Below are positions 51,264-64,000 of a stretch of 64,000 nt of DNA, piece after piece. Under the pieces are notes generated by a model. It was not told where the DNA came from, made no database searches, and was given only the letters and a program-made list of their open reading frames with translations. Source of the DNA: Pseudovirgaria hyperparasitica (Eukaryota); NCBI GenBank assembly GCA_010093815.1, contig ML996589.1; one strand, given 5' to 3'. The first letter of the stretch is position 1. Each line of letters opens with the position of its first letter. The position numbers were made by a program, and so were the translations under genes.

Positions 51264-54016
51264 AGAACTAGAATATTATAATTTATAAAGATCTCTTTTA
51301 TATCTAGTAGAGCCTACTATAAGTAACTTATAGCCTTTAAGTAGGCTATATACTCTACTTTATATATCGACTTAGTAATATATAATTACCTCTTACTATT
51401 CTAGGCTACTAAGCTTCTATTTAATTAAAGAATATATATAGAGATAGACTTAGCGGTATTAGAATCTAAACCCTAAGAAGTATCTAAGAATATATTAATT
51501 TCTATTACGCCTTTAGACTTCTTTAGTATAAGATATTAGTCAATAGTATACTTAATATATTATAATATACTAAAGGCTATTTAAGTATATTACTCTAATA
51601 GATTCATATTAAAAGTAGCATATATTCTAACTATAAAGGCAAGATCTAGACGCGTACTAGTAACGAGATAATTAAGTAACCTAATTAGTTATATATATAT
51701 AAGCTAGCGTTCTTAATTAATAATTTCTTCCGATCTTATTAGAAAGGTATTTATATTAACTAGAGTCTTTCTACTATTATAATCTATTATACTAAACCTT
51801 TTTAGAATACGTTAAGAGTAAGCCTTTTAAGAAAGCTTAATTTAGTCTTCTTAAGATTAATTAATCTTAATATCTAATATTAAGCGCGCTTCTCTAAGAT
51901 CTTTATATTTTATATATTCTATAATCTATTACTTAAAGTATTGAATATAAGGTTTCTCCCCTATAAGTAGTAGGTTATTAATATAGATAGTAATAATAAT
52001 ATATCTAATAAAGATATATAGATTAAACTATAACTATTAGAATTTAAGAGATTAAAGGAGGTTACGTAAGGTATAAAACTATTTCTAACTAGATTATTTT
52101 AATCTATAAATTACCTTTTAGAGCTTAAGAATCTTACCTGGTTTTTTAAAGCCTAGCGGGTATCGTATATAGATATTTTTAGATAGACTACTATTTAGAT
52201 AGATAGTATTAAAATCGATCTAGTAAACATGCTTATTAAATTATACGGCCTATTAGAGTATAATATAAAGAGAATTATATTTAATAATAGATATAAAAGT
52301 TTTATTATAATTAAGACCGTATTTCTATGTAAAGCCCTATATAATAAGACGTACCTTATAAACTTTAGTATTATCCGTAGTAGTCTTAATATTAAATATC
52401 TATCTAGAGCTAACTATTATAGAGACATTTATAGTAAGCGGAGCTTCCTACTATAATTAATTAATCTTATAACTTCTTAGCTCTTTTTTAATAGCTATTT
52501 ATAACCAATACTAATTAGAAGAATTCCTAGTCTCTTTTAGGTTCGAAGGAACGTCTATATTTAAGGTAGTATTAACTAATAGGGTATAGATTATTTCCTT
52601 CTCTTCTATATCTACTAAATTTATAGAGTTATTAAAATAAATTATATACTTGCGTTTCCTCCTAAAACAAGATATATTAGAAGGTAATCTTAATAAATAT
52701 AGATTTTCGTGTAGTAGGTTATAGCTAGAGAAAGATTCGAATTTTAGTTAATTTACCCTAGGTATAGTAGAAGGCGTCCTACTATAAGAAAGGGTAGATA
52801 ATCTTCGTTAGGATATCTTAGTAAGACTTATTATATCTTCTATATAGAGCTAGAGGTTCTATATATTTTAGACTACGACTAGTATATTATAAGATACTCC
52901 TCTATTATCCGACTCTTCTTTAGAGCTATCTCTTTCTATAATAAATAAGGAAAGAGGTTACTATAGAAGTAGTCTCGGACTAAAGGGTACGAAAGTAACA
53001 TCTTATAACTTAATAATAACCTTACGGTTAGGAATATAGTACTTATAGATTTTATCTAATTTACTATAGCTAACTAGAATACCTTTCTCTAATCTATAGA
53101 GGAGCTTACTATCTAGCTTTTATACTTCTTTTAGGATATATATATACTCTAAATAGATATAAGTTTTAGATAGAAGGCTTCTTACTAAAGAGAGTATAAT
53201 ATAGCATGTTAACTATTAGAAGAGAGGTATATAGTATAATATTCTTAATAAACGTTATTATATAAATTACTTTAGCCTAGAATTTTAACTTAGTATTAGA
53301 AGAGAGAATAGATCTTACTAATGTCTAAACTATACGGTTAAACCTTTCGGCTATTCCGTTTAACTTATAAGAGTAGATAGAAGAGGTAATATATATAGTA
53401 CTAGTCTTATAAAAGAAGTCTTAAAGACTTTTAGTAATATACTTACCGCCTCGATTAGATACGAATTCTTTAATATCTATATTAAACTACTTCTTAATAT
53501 ATACGAAGAACTATATAATAATATTAGGAGCTTCTAACTTATACTTTATAAAGCGGACCTATATAAAGCGAGTTAATTCTTTAATAAAGGAGATATAGTA
53601 CTATAACCTATTTAGAGACTTATACGGTATTTTACTAGAGAGGTCGCTATAAACTCTACTAAACCGTGTCTTATATTACCTATTCGAGCTTAAAGGTTTC
53701 TTATATATAGATTTAGATATACTATAACTCTTATAGTAGAAGTTACTTAGCCGCTTAGGAATTATATTAAAATCTTTATAAAGTCTTTTAGAATTTATAA
53801 TATAATAATAATCTATAGTATAATAGAATTCTTTATATAATATAAAGTATACTATAGTATATAATAGAAGTAGAGAAGATATATAGCGTAGGTAAATCTT
53901 CATAAGGCCCTTATAGAATTTTACCTATATTACTTTAGATCCGTAGTAGTTATATAAGAAGAGGTTATTCCCTTTTACTCTTAAACTATACCCTTAATTT
54001 CTAATATATAACTAGG

Positions 54017-57000
54017 GAAACTTCTCACACCCTAACGGACTAAACTAGTTAATTCGGGGTAAAACAGCGATTTACATACATTAAACGATAGAGTATACCG
54101 AGTATAATAACCTCCGATACACGTGTATATATATAGTATATAATACGCGACGATACCGACGTATAGAGATACTATATATATACGCTCGAAGACTCTTCGA
54201 TAACACGAGTATAGACTATATCTAATAAACGCCGACACGCTAACCCCCTTTTATTAGTTAAGGGCTACCCTTAACTAATAACTATAGCGGCCTTAGGCAT
54301 TATAATACCCCGGTAGACGCCGGATATACCCCTACTAGTATAGTAGAAACGGCTATATAGCGATATTAATATAGATAGCCAGACACCTATCTAAAATATA
54401 GGTACTAACTAAGGGTGCGAAGCGCTATAGATAACCTAGACCGAGGGGACCCCGAGAGGGGAGACCCTCCTAGATAAAATTAAATACTAGGTAATACGTG
54501 TAGAGAGGGACGCCGAGGAGGGAAAGAAGACCCTCCTTTATATATTCCGGGACCTTATCCGGAACCTAAGAGGAATCATAGAGAAAGAAAGGAAGTCACC
54601 ACGAGAGGAACCTAGTAGTAGACTCGACCGAATAGAAGCCAGCCTACAGAGAATCTAGAAAGAGCTATCCTAAGGTAAGCGCCCTAACACGTGGGCTTAG
54701 ATTATAGTAATACCCGGAGCTACTATACTAAGGACCACTAGGACTATAGATAGAGTATATAGTATACGTATTATAATCTAGGATAAGAACACGCTGGCGT
54801 AGGTCTAATAGGCATCCCTAAAGGAAATTATAAATAAGATTAATAAATAGAAAGGAATGTAGTCGAGCGTCGTAGCTACTAAAGTTACGCTAGGTAGGGT
54901 AGTACTTACTACTATAATAAATACTACGTAGTAAAACATCTCGCGAGATCCGAACGCGATAGGTAGTATCTTCCCTAGCGCGTCTATTAGGGTAGCTATA
55001 TACCCGATTATAGTATACGTAGTATCTATACGGGGATAGGCTATCGGAGCGGAGGATATTACGCGTATAGAATAATCCAACACGCGAAAATACCTAGGGA
55101 TTAAGATCGTAAAAGCGTGGTAGAAGAACCCATAGGCGATTAAGACGACGGTAAAAAAACACTCTACTATAATTATGGAGCTCCGAGACCCCGCCCTCGC
55201 ATAATATATTATATAGGAGGGATTCCTAGTAGAAGGAGAGCTCCTCATGGCCGAGCCATAGGATAGGGCATAGATAATAATATAGTACTTTAACTATTAA
55301 GGGTATAGATACACTATATAAAGGTACTTATAGAAGACTAAGTGCGGATAGTGCCGTAGAGACCACGCTACCTAGGAGTACCCTTATAAACCGCGAGGAG
55401 ACGGACTAAGAAATAGGGATATAGTATAGTATTTAAACTACGACGGGAAACACCCGTCGTAGTCGTTAATATATATAAAATGTAAATAGATTATAGAATA
55501 CATTCGCACGATAAAAGCGAGAGGCGCGAGATAGTTATAGAATATAATACCTACCACGGGCTCTTCCTTTATAATACCCCTAACCTCCCCTCCGGAAGGT
55601 AGTTAGGCGGGATAGTAGACTATTCCGAAGATAATAGGACGACTAAAAGGCATAGTTAAAGCCGCTACCGCGCGAGGATAGTCGCGCCTCTAAGGAATAA
55701 GTATATAGGTATATATACTCCCTAGTACCTAATAAGGGACTAGAATATACTCCGAATTATATAGGTAAATATATAATATAAAAGAGAGAACTAGACGACA
55801 CTCCTCGAAGAGACCAGGGCCATAATACTCGCTATCTAGGAACCCTATAAATACTACTAGACGAGTAAACCAACCATACACCCCGGATACTATACTATAC
55901 ACCCTCTAGGACTAGAAAGACGAGTCCTCTTCTATATTTATAGGTTAATACTACTCTTATTATGGTCGTATACTAAGCGCGATAACCTTAGGATAACACT
56001 ATACCTATAAATAGATATAGGCCCCCTATATATATATAATATATATAACTAATAACGTGTACTTATACTAGACGAGATGCTCGAGGGTACCACGGAACTA
56101 GGGTAATATATCCTTCTAGAAGACTTTAACCTCTACTACTAATAGTAGGGAGGCCTAGCCGTAGTAAGGGAAGAACTTAGAGTAAGGGAACTACGCACCC
56201 GCTACCACGACTTTCTATACCTACTTACACCTATAGAATAAGTTATATAGAAAAAACATAAATAGGACGAAGACGGGTCCACGCTTAACCTTACCTTCGC
56301 CACGGAGTATATTAGTTACCGGATCTAATACTACCGCCTAAGCTAGGTATAGACGGATTCCGACTATGAATGTATAGAAACCGTAATAAACGTATATACC
56401 CCGAATAAATAACGGGGACGATAGATATAGAAGGATACCGACTAGGAAAAGTACCTGAAGGACCTGGAATCGGCGATCCTAGATCCCTCTATAGTCGATA
56501 TATCTAATAACCTAGCTATAGACCAGGCCGTATAGACACTCCTATAAACATACTAGAATACGAGAAATAAACACGTACTATACTAAATATACCGGCCCCC
56601 GGAAGTAAAGGGGATTCCTTAAGTATAGGAAAGTAGATAAGACGCCCGAAGGCTATATAGACGCGTACACCGTACGAGAATACCCGAGTTATAGAAAGAA
56701 TAGAAGGAAGTAATATAATAACGCGATAAAGTCCTCCGTAATAAAAGGCGTAAATAGTAGCGTATAATTACTAGTTAATAGACATGATATATAATAGGGC
56801 TATAGCGCATGGCGAAATAGGCTAAGGGCGTAGACACTCCGACACCCCCGCTACTTATACCTCCCCTAATATATTAGGGAAGAATATACTCCATAGGCCT
56901 TAAGAAAACTAAGGCCCTACGGGAGGCTATATTCCCTCTCCCGGAACTAGTAGACCTATTAGACGTTTACGGCGCTAAATATCTATATACGGTAGATATC

Positions 57001-59296
57001 CCTAAAGAAGTTACGGAGAAGGATATACTTAATATTATTAAGATACTCCTAAATGATAAAGCACCTAGACTAGATGGAATTCTAAATTAATGCCTAAAAA
57101 GTACTATAAAAGTAACCCTACCGCTTATTACTTATATATTCTAAGCATGCGTCATGTAGGGGTACCACCCCTAGAGCTTCCGAGTCGCCTATACTATTAT
57201 ACTCCCGAAGCTAGGAAAGAGCCCTAACTCCCTAAAGGGATAGAGACTAATCGCCCTTCTCTTCTACCTAGGTAAGATACTAGAGGCTATAGTAGTGAAG
57301 AAGATAAGTACCGCGGTATAGGAATATAATCTCCTCCCTCCGAACCAGAAGGTAAAGATAGATAGCTCTCTAATAATAGCTATCTAATATATTATTAAAG
57401 TCGTCTAGGCCGTATAGAAATAGGGACGGGTAGTATCGCTCCTCTCCCTCGATATGGCCGGAGCGTTTAATAAGGTAAACTATATAAGACTTATTTATAA
57501 CCTCCGGATAAGACGAATACTAGAATAGATTATACGCTTTATATAGTTATTCCTTATAGGAAGAATAACTTAGATATATATCCCTAGGTACTAGAGCGAA
57601 TATAAAGAGACGGTATACGGTATCCTATAAGGGAGCACTATCTCTCTAATCCTATTCCTCTTTTTTATGGTAGACCTTCTTTAAGAAATAAAGTATATAG
57701 AGGTAGTCGGATACGCCGATAATATATATCTTCTAGCTATTAATAATAATACTAACCGAATGTATAGACGACTAGAATAGGACCACGAGAGGTGCCTCTA
57801 GTAGGTAAAACGCTACGGAGTAAAGTTTGCCCCGGAGAAATACTAGCTCATGCACTTTATTAACCGTTAAGGGAAATAGATAACTAGGGAAGGCGAATAA
57901 CGCCCCCGAATTAACGTATTTAACGAACTACTAGTATAAAGCATACGCGCGCTCGGAGTTATACTAGATAGTAAGCTTAAATAGGGACCATAAGTAGTAT
58001 ACGCCGTCTCTAGAGCCCTCTAGATAGAAGCCGCTATATAATGGATTATAGCCTCCACGTAGGGAACCGCCCGGGATAAGGCACGCTAGCTATATATATC
58101 TATAGTACGACCCGCCTTCACGTACGGACACGAGTACTAGTATATAGCCCTTATATAGACTAGGCGAATGAAGCTCGAATCCATATAGAACCGTATACTC
58201 TATCTTATATTAGGCGTATATAAAGCTACTAACACGGTGCTACTACGACGCGAGATAGACGTTATAAGTATATATAACTTCTACTAGATATAGAGAGTAG
58301 TATACTTTACTAAATAATAAGTATAGAAATATATAGGAAACGTAGAATATACTTTCGCCGCGCTACGTGTACGAATTAGTATATATTACTATATACTTCT
58401 ATATATAGGCCGGAATTAAATACGGTATAGGTGCTTAATAGAAGCCGACTCTAGCTAAGTAGTATAAGAAGTCCGAGATAACCCGGACGCTCTTCTAGAC
58501 TAGTAGAGCCTTTAAGAACTCGTAAAAAATATACGGTCGTGGACTTAAGATAAGTAGAAAGAGGCACTCCGTGCCTACTAGACCTTCTAGTAGAATAGGT
58601 ACCTAGAGTAGATTCGAGGGCCATAGAAGGAACTAAGTAAATAGATATATAAAGGGCTAATAAAAGCCTAAGCATCTATACTTATCTAAGCCCGAACGGG
58701 CGCTATAGGACTCCTATACTATATCTATAAGAGAGGCGTTCCTAATATCTCCCTATAATATAAGGCGTACGGCCGGAGAGGTATAATATACCACTATCTA
58801 GCTATATACCCTAACCTCTATATATAACGGTAATGGCTTATCCACGTTACGAAGACTTTAGATATTATATAATAGCTTAATAAGTACCCTAAGGATGTCT
58901 CCCGATAGATACTTATATATCTACTACTCCTCTAGTACTAGTAGACCCGGAAATATATACCGGAAGAGACCCGGTATATACTAGTAGTAACCCGATATAT
59001 ACCGGAAGAACCCCGGGAGAACCCCGATTATTAGTTAAGGGCAGCCCTTAACTAATAACCTCCGCACCTATACGTGCTACCTAAGGGTAAAATAACGGTA
59101 ATATAGGTTATAGGCTAATAGGTGTACCCTATAGCTATATACTTAAGACGAAATAGAGGTTTAACGAGATGTAGTTATAGATATAAGGAAGTTTTTCCCT
59201 ATGGGGTTTCTTCTTATATAGTGGCTTAGACTAGAGAAGGTATAGGCCTATAGAGTACTACTCTACCTAGTTATATAATATTATTATTATTATTAT
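54017..59296 (+). mobile_element. Tad1-like LINE, copy 3 (full length, RIP-degenerate), inserted between Copia protease and integrase
   Basis: 15-bp TSD taatatataactagg (54002-54016, 59297-59311). (ATT)n tail. ORF1 knuckles at ~55285-55470, ORF2 from ~55745, SLDMAGAF at ~57445, GYADN at ~57710. Confidence 0.95.
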
Positions 59297-60941
59297 TAAT
59301 ATATAACTAGGAGAAAAGGTATATAGAATTTAGTTACTTACTAAAGAGGATATTAGTAAGTTTAACCTTTTTTATAGAACCGTCTAAGAGAATATAATCT
59401 AGGAAAACTATTCTAATACTATTAATAGGAATCTTCTAATAATTTATAATTAATATATTACTAGAGGTGCGTGGTTCTAGTAAGGTAAAGTTATCTATAT
59501 AACCCGATATATATCGTAATACACCTAAATCGAAGATCTAGTTATATACGTCTACGGTTACATTAGAATTCGTAAGAAGTCTAATAGCTTTAATACTTAG
59601 ATCCGAAAATATTACTAAAATAAGAGGCTAACTTACTACTCGAGATCGCTTACTATTTATATTAGCTTTAGTTACGAAGAAACTAACGACGTTATTATTA
59701 GAGTTAGATTCGGAATCTAAAATTTCGATAACTTTAGCCTTATTAGCTTTTTATCGCTTGCTTAAGAAGTCCTTTTTAGAAGACTTCTTATCTAACTTAT
59801 TTTTAGACTTATTATTATTCTTAGAAGCCTTAAGCTTACGGTAGTTCTAATACTTATAGCCTTTAGAAGAGAAGCCGCGTTTCTTATACTAGGTGCATTT
59901 AATATTAGAGATAGAAGCGGAGGTAGAGAAGGAGTTAGACTTCTTTAACTTAGAAGGCTAACTAGACTTACCCTTATAGCTTACCTTATAGCTAGTAGTA
60001 TCGGATTTAATACTATATTTCTTAGCTAGATTAAGTATCTTTAGCTCGATGTCTTAAAATTATAATATATCTTAAGTTAATAAATTATTAATAATATAGT
60101 CTATAGTATTAGGTAATAAGATAAGAAAGAATAAACCCTTAACCTCTTTAGACTTAAAAATTAGACGTATTACTTTTATGACTATATAAGATAAAGTAGC
60201 GTATCTTTTTACTATTTGTATCTAGGTATAATAGAAATTATTAATATATTTATAGATATCTTCTCTGTCTTTATAGCGGAGGTTAGCGAGTAATCTAAAT
60301 AGATATATTAAAGAATTACCTATATCACGGTCGAAACGTAATAATAGATAACTCTATATAGCTACTACTATATTATAGAAAGTAAGATCTATAATAAGAT
60401 CTTAATATATTAACGAGAGTAATATAATTATTATCTTATTATTCTTTATATTTTAATCTATTATATCTATATATAAATCCGTGACTCTAGTACTAAAGGG
60501 TCTAATAACCCTACTAGAGACTATTATCTATAATTATATATATTTAAATATAATTATCTAAGCTAATCTCTACTCGGGGAAATTCTCTCCTCTTAAAGAT
60601 AGCTTAGATAGAGAGAAAGGGTCGAGTTTGAAATTAATAGACATGGTTATTAACAAGTTTCTCGGGTTCCTTCTCTTTCTTTATATAGGACTTATTCTAA
60701 CTCTTTCTATTTATTACGTATTCGTAAGAAAGATAGTAAAGGTAAAAGAGATAGGAGGACGGTATAGAGGACGATATAGAGGCCGGGAGTTAATAAGGTA
60801 GTAGAATTAAAGTAAAACTTTAATAAGATTAATAAGACAACTAAGTTTTAGAGAAGGGACTTGCTTTTATTAAAATATAATAGTTTTTATTAATAAAGAG
60901 GTGTTTTAAGGCTTTTATAGTAAAGCGCCGGGCTTATAACC

Positions 60942-61103
60942 TATTATTAGTAGAAAGTAGACGTGATTAAGGTTATTAAATATATTCTATAATTATGTGT
61001 AGAGAACTAAGTTCTAGGAGACAGAGTCGAAGCTATTTAACCGTTTAGACACTAGTCCCGTTTAGGAAGCAGTGTCTCTCACTCAAAGTACCTTCCGACA
61101 ACA
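60942..61103 (-). repeat. Copia 5' LTR
   Basis: Minus strand starts TGTTGT; followed by the PBS-like motif and the gag ATG at ~60644. Confidence 0.96.
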
Positions 61104-61108
61104 ACGGA

Positions 61109-63279
61109 CATTAGTTGGCGACCTATAGCTGCCCGCGCATTACGAACACATTTCCGTCCATAAATAATATCTTCATCCTCAACCATATAGCATAACGTGT
61201 ACACACAGCGAGCACTGCTCTACCTAAGTCTTTATAATTAATTGGGCATTCCATGAGCGAAGAACCGGTCGTCGCCGCATCGCATCTCTCGTAGCTTAGG
61301 CCCCCCTCCAGAATCAAGAGACAAGTCTATGCTGAGAAGCAGTCCACCAACGACCCAGCGACGTCGTAATATATCCCAAACTCAGCTACGAGCGATTGTC
61401 ATGCTTAAATAGACAAAGACACCTAAGGATATTGTAATGGATCTCACTTGCAAGACGATAAAGATAACTGGATGCTTTCTGCGCAGAAAGATAACGAATC
61501 CGCAAGTGAGCACATTTCATTTCGAGATTCAAGCTGTCTCCTTATTTTCGCAAATATTGGCCCCAAATTTAACACCATCCTGGTATTCCCAACATGTTCT
61601 GAGAGCGTCTCGATCATGTCGAAATCGGAACGGTTAGTCAAGTATGGCTCTCACTTCTTTCGCGGAGTGCTTGCCCTCCATCCAATCATCTTCTTTACAA
61701 GGCCCGACATCAGTCCGTTTTCAGACTCATCAACTCGCGAAGAATTGTCTGCGTCGAAGACTTCTGACCCGTCTCGGTCGTCGAGGTCCCCTTCATCTCC
61801 CTCGTCTCCCTCGTCTCCATCGCTGTACTTAGAGTCACCTATATCTTCCTCCTCGTTGTTTTCCTCCTCGTCATCCACCCGTCCCTCTAGATCTTCTTCC
61901 TCTATGGACGATGCCGAGTCTTCGTTATTAAAATCGTCGACCTGGGATCTCATCTTTGACAGTGCGAAGTGAAGCAACCGGTTGGCAAAATCATTTAAAC
62001 CGGATACCTTGCAGAGCTGTGCAAGACCTGCTTGTGTGAAGTGGTCCTGGGCTTGTGGCCACCACTTTGTTCCGGAAAACGGGACCTCTCTCCAGAATCT
62101 ATGGCTTATTAGTATGAAGATATCATGGAATTTCATAGTGGTACGTGCTTCTTCAAGCTCAACTCGTCCTGGTGTCGGTTCAAATCGGCCTGTGCAAATA
62201 TAAACAAGCAACCAGGACCCCAGATTGAAACGAAGTGGCCCATACGCTTTCCAAAAGCTACGCTTTCATCAATCTTCTCCAGCGTCCTGAGCCGAAACCG
62301 AGGATCGTTCGGCCACAGCGACTCCAGGAAGTCAGCAATGGCATCTCGGGTAGCCTTTATCGGCTTCCTTGCGGCGGCACCCTGGCGAGAATTCGACACC
62401 GGGAAGAGCTTAAGAAACTCGTGGTATACCAGCCAGCAATAGTAGATACATGCTCGGACATGGACTGTCTGGTCTGTCAAGGAGTCGAGGAAGAAGATGA
62501 TTTCGCCAATGTTCGGGCCTACCGACAGCTTTCGAGTTCCTAAATCAAAAAATCGCTCGGGGGAGCCATTACACTTCCGCAGCAAGTTCTCAAGGGCGTC
62601 ATTTACTCCAGTCTCTCGCTTTAGTATGGTCCATGGATCATAAGCTGGACGTACAATCGGTGTAAATACCAATGAATTGCGTGACACACCAGAAGGTGAG
62701 CGGCCAGCAGAGTCTTCTACTTGCTTTGGCACCCTGCGTGGAGCCGTTGTGTTCTTTGCCATGGAGAATCTTTGGTAAAGGAATTTCAAGTTCTTCTGGA
62801 CCACAGCCGGAAGAATGATGTCAGATTCGAAGATCATCCTAACGGCCTGATTGTTGTCAGCCGACCCTCCTATTACGCTGTTCGTAGAGTTGTCTGTAGA
62901 ACACTCGTACCTCGTTGTCTGAGAGTAGCCGAATGAACGTCTCAGTGAATGAAGGAGCGTCATACGCGCCACTGTTTGGTTCATGGGCGTCACTCTCTGG
63001 TATGACGTCTTCGCACTCATCGTCGGATGGGCTTACACTTGGAGTTGGCTGTAGAGCAGCAGGTTCCTGCGTTGAAGGCTTTGGCGTTTGAGCTCGCTTT
63101 GGCGGTCGCCCACGCCTCGCTGGTGGAATAGGCTCTTGAGGTACTTGTGACTTTTCTGGCTCTACGGGCTGTGGTAGGGGAACCCTTGCTGGCTGCGAGG
63201 TACCATTAGCGTTAGCACTATTGTCGACACTTCGCTTGTTAATGCGCGTTAACCTAGAATTACCAGCCCGTGGAGGCAT
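61109..63279 (-). pseudogene. Frameshifted hypothetical gene(s): AT-hook N-terminus, helical core, acidic tract
   Basis: Overlapping ORFs 62857-63402 (MPPRAG..., RRGRPPKR), 62133-63020 (FGKRMGHFVSIWGPGCLF) and 61651-62211 (D/E-rich) hand over by frame changes near 62865 and 62190. Further fragments run to 61123. Confidence 0.55.
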
Positions 63280-63519
63280 TTTGACCGTCCACACAAATGG
63301 AGGTAGAAAATTCTGCGCAGAAATGGTGTCAAAGGGAGAGAATCTCATTAGGAAAGCGAACGAAAGATAGAAACCGCGCCAAATTTTAAGCAAACAATCC
63401 ATGTGGCATGGGCCAATGATCTACGTTACACAGTTGAAGTAATAATATATATTAAATCCGCCTAAGGAACTAGCAAGCTTACCGGGAGTACACATGCTCT
63501 AAAAAGTTTCAAGAGTTAA

Positions 63520-64000
63520 GAGGGTTTCTGTAGCGAAGTCTAACATAGAATAACTAATAATATCTTCTATTATTAAGCCGACGAAGGGCCTCTTGGCCGT
63601 ATTAAAGCCCTAGTACTATATATGACAAGGAGGCCAATAACGTGGATTCAGGCGTTAGTCTTAGCTAGATGCAACAGCCATCACATCGAACTTCATGACC
63701 TCTTCATCCTACGAGCTCTACCTTACGCATTTAATAATGCTTTTATAGTAGAGGTCATTGGCTTCTGCCGTTAATTACTATCGTTGCGCCCCCATTGACT
63801 AGACTCTTCTCTCTTACTAGAACTTAAGTATATACATGTATACATATTCTAAGCGTACTTGAATTCGCAAAGGGTTTAATCGAAAGGACTATAATTGGTA
63901 AATCTCGGTTACTCTAGGCTCTGATTATAACAAGGAAAATAATTTGTAACTTCTTGAAGTTTACTATTACTGAAACTCGGAGACTCCGGGCTACGATTTT
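63520..64000 (-). pseudogene. Partly RIP-mutated coding remnant running off the window
   Basis: Minus frame EANDLYYKSIIKCVR*SS*DEEVMKFDVMAVASS*D*RLNPRYWPPCHI, with TAG/TAA stops at likely Gln codons. Confidence 0.35.

Larger units (their letters stand above)
49792..61103 (-). mobile_element. Complete Ty1/Copia LTR retrotransposon, RIP-degenerate, carrying a SINE and LINE copy 3
   Basis: 162-bp LTRs and 5-bp TSD ACGGA (49787-49791, 61104-61108). PBS-like GGTTATAAGCCC next to the right LTR; PPT GGGGGAG next to the left LTR. Order: gag knuckle (~59840-59900), protease *IFDLG (=WIFDSG, ~59525), integrase AERFNR (~53335-53352), RT IYINNL (=YVDD, ~51980), RNase H (~50150-51500). Confidence 0.96.

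Noticed and set aside
52229..53903. Tyr/Ile-rich ORFs in the Copia body
   Set aside because: Composition is a RIP artefact; 53676-53903 is at most a mutated piece of pol.
25400..64000. A tyrosine-recombinase (captain) gene in this window
   Set aside because: No ORF shows a recognisable recombinase catalytic pattern, so the Starship label stays a hypothesis.

Overview
Filamentous-ascomycete DNA with a strong RIP signature (CpA/TpG depleted, TpA rich) in the repeats. (1) 1-20.7 kb is a RIP-destroyed nest: a minus-strand chromodomain Gypsy element (open to the left) holding a Tad-like LINE, abutting a DD34E Tc1/IS630-type DNA transposon that holds a second LINE copy. (2) 20.7-25.4 kb is an NRPS fragment (C-A-T-C-start of A), cut at both ends and RIP-damaged. 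(3) From ~25.4 kb to the window end is a block of orphan, partly decayed genes: a pseudokinase, two PD-(D/E)XK-like proteins, an inverted pair of related two-gene membrane-protein modules and an AT-hook protein. The block starts abruptly inside the NRPS with a palindrome- and tandem-repeat-rich terminus and may be a giant mobile element; no recombinase gene is visible in the window. (4) Inside that block, a complete Copia element (49792-61103, 162-bp LTRs, ACGGA TSD) carries a third LINE copy and a ~945-bp tRNA-headed SINE whose 3' end resembles the LINE 3' end. Pre-RIP protein motifs are manual reconstructions, and no family assignment was checked by database search.
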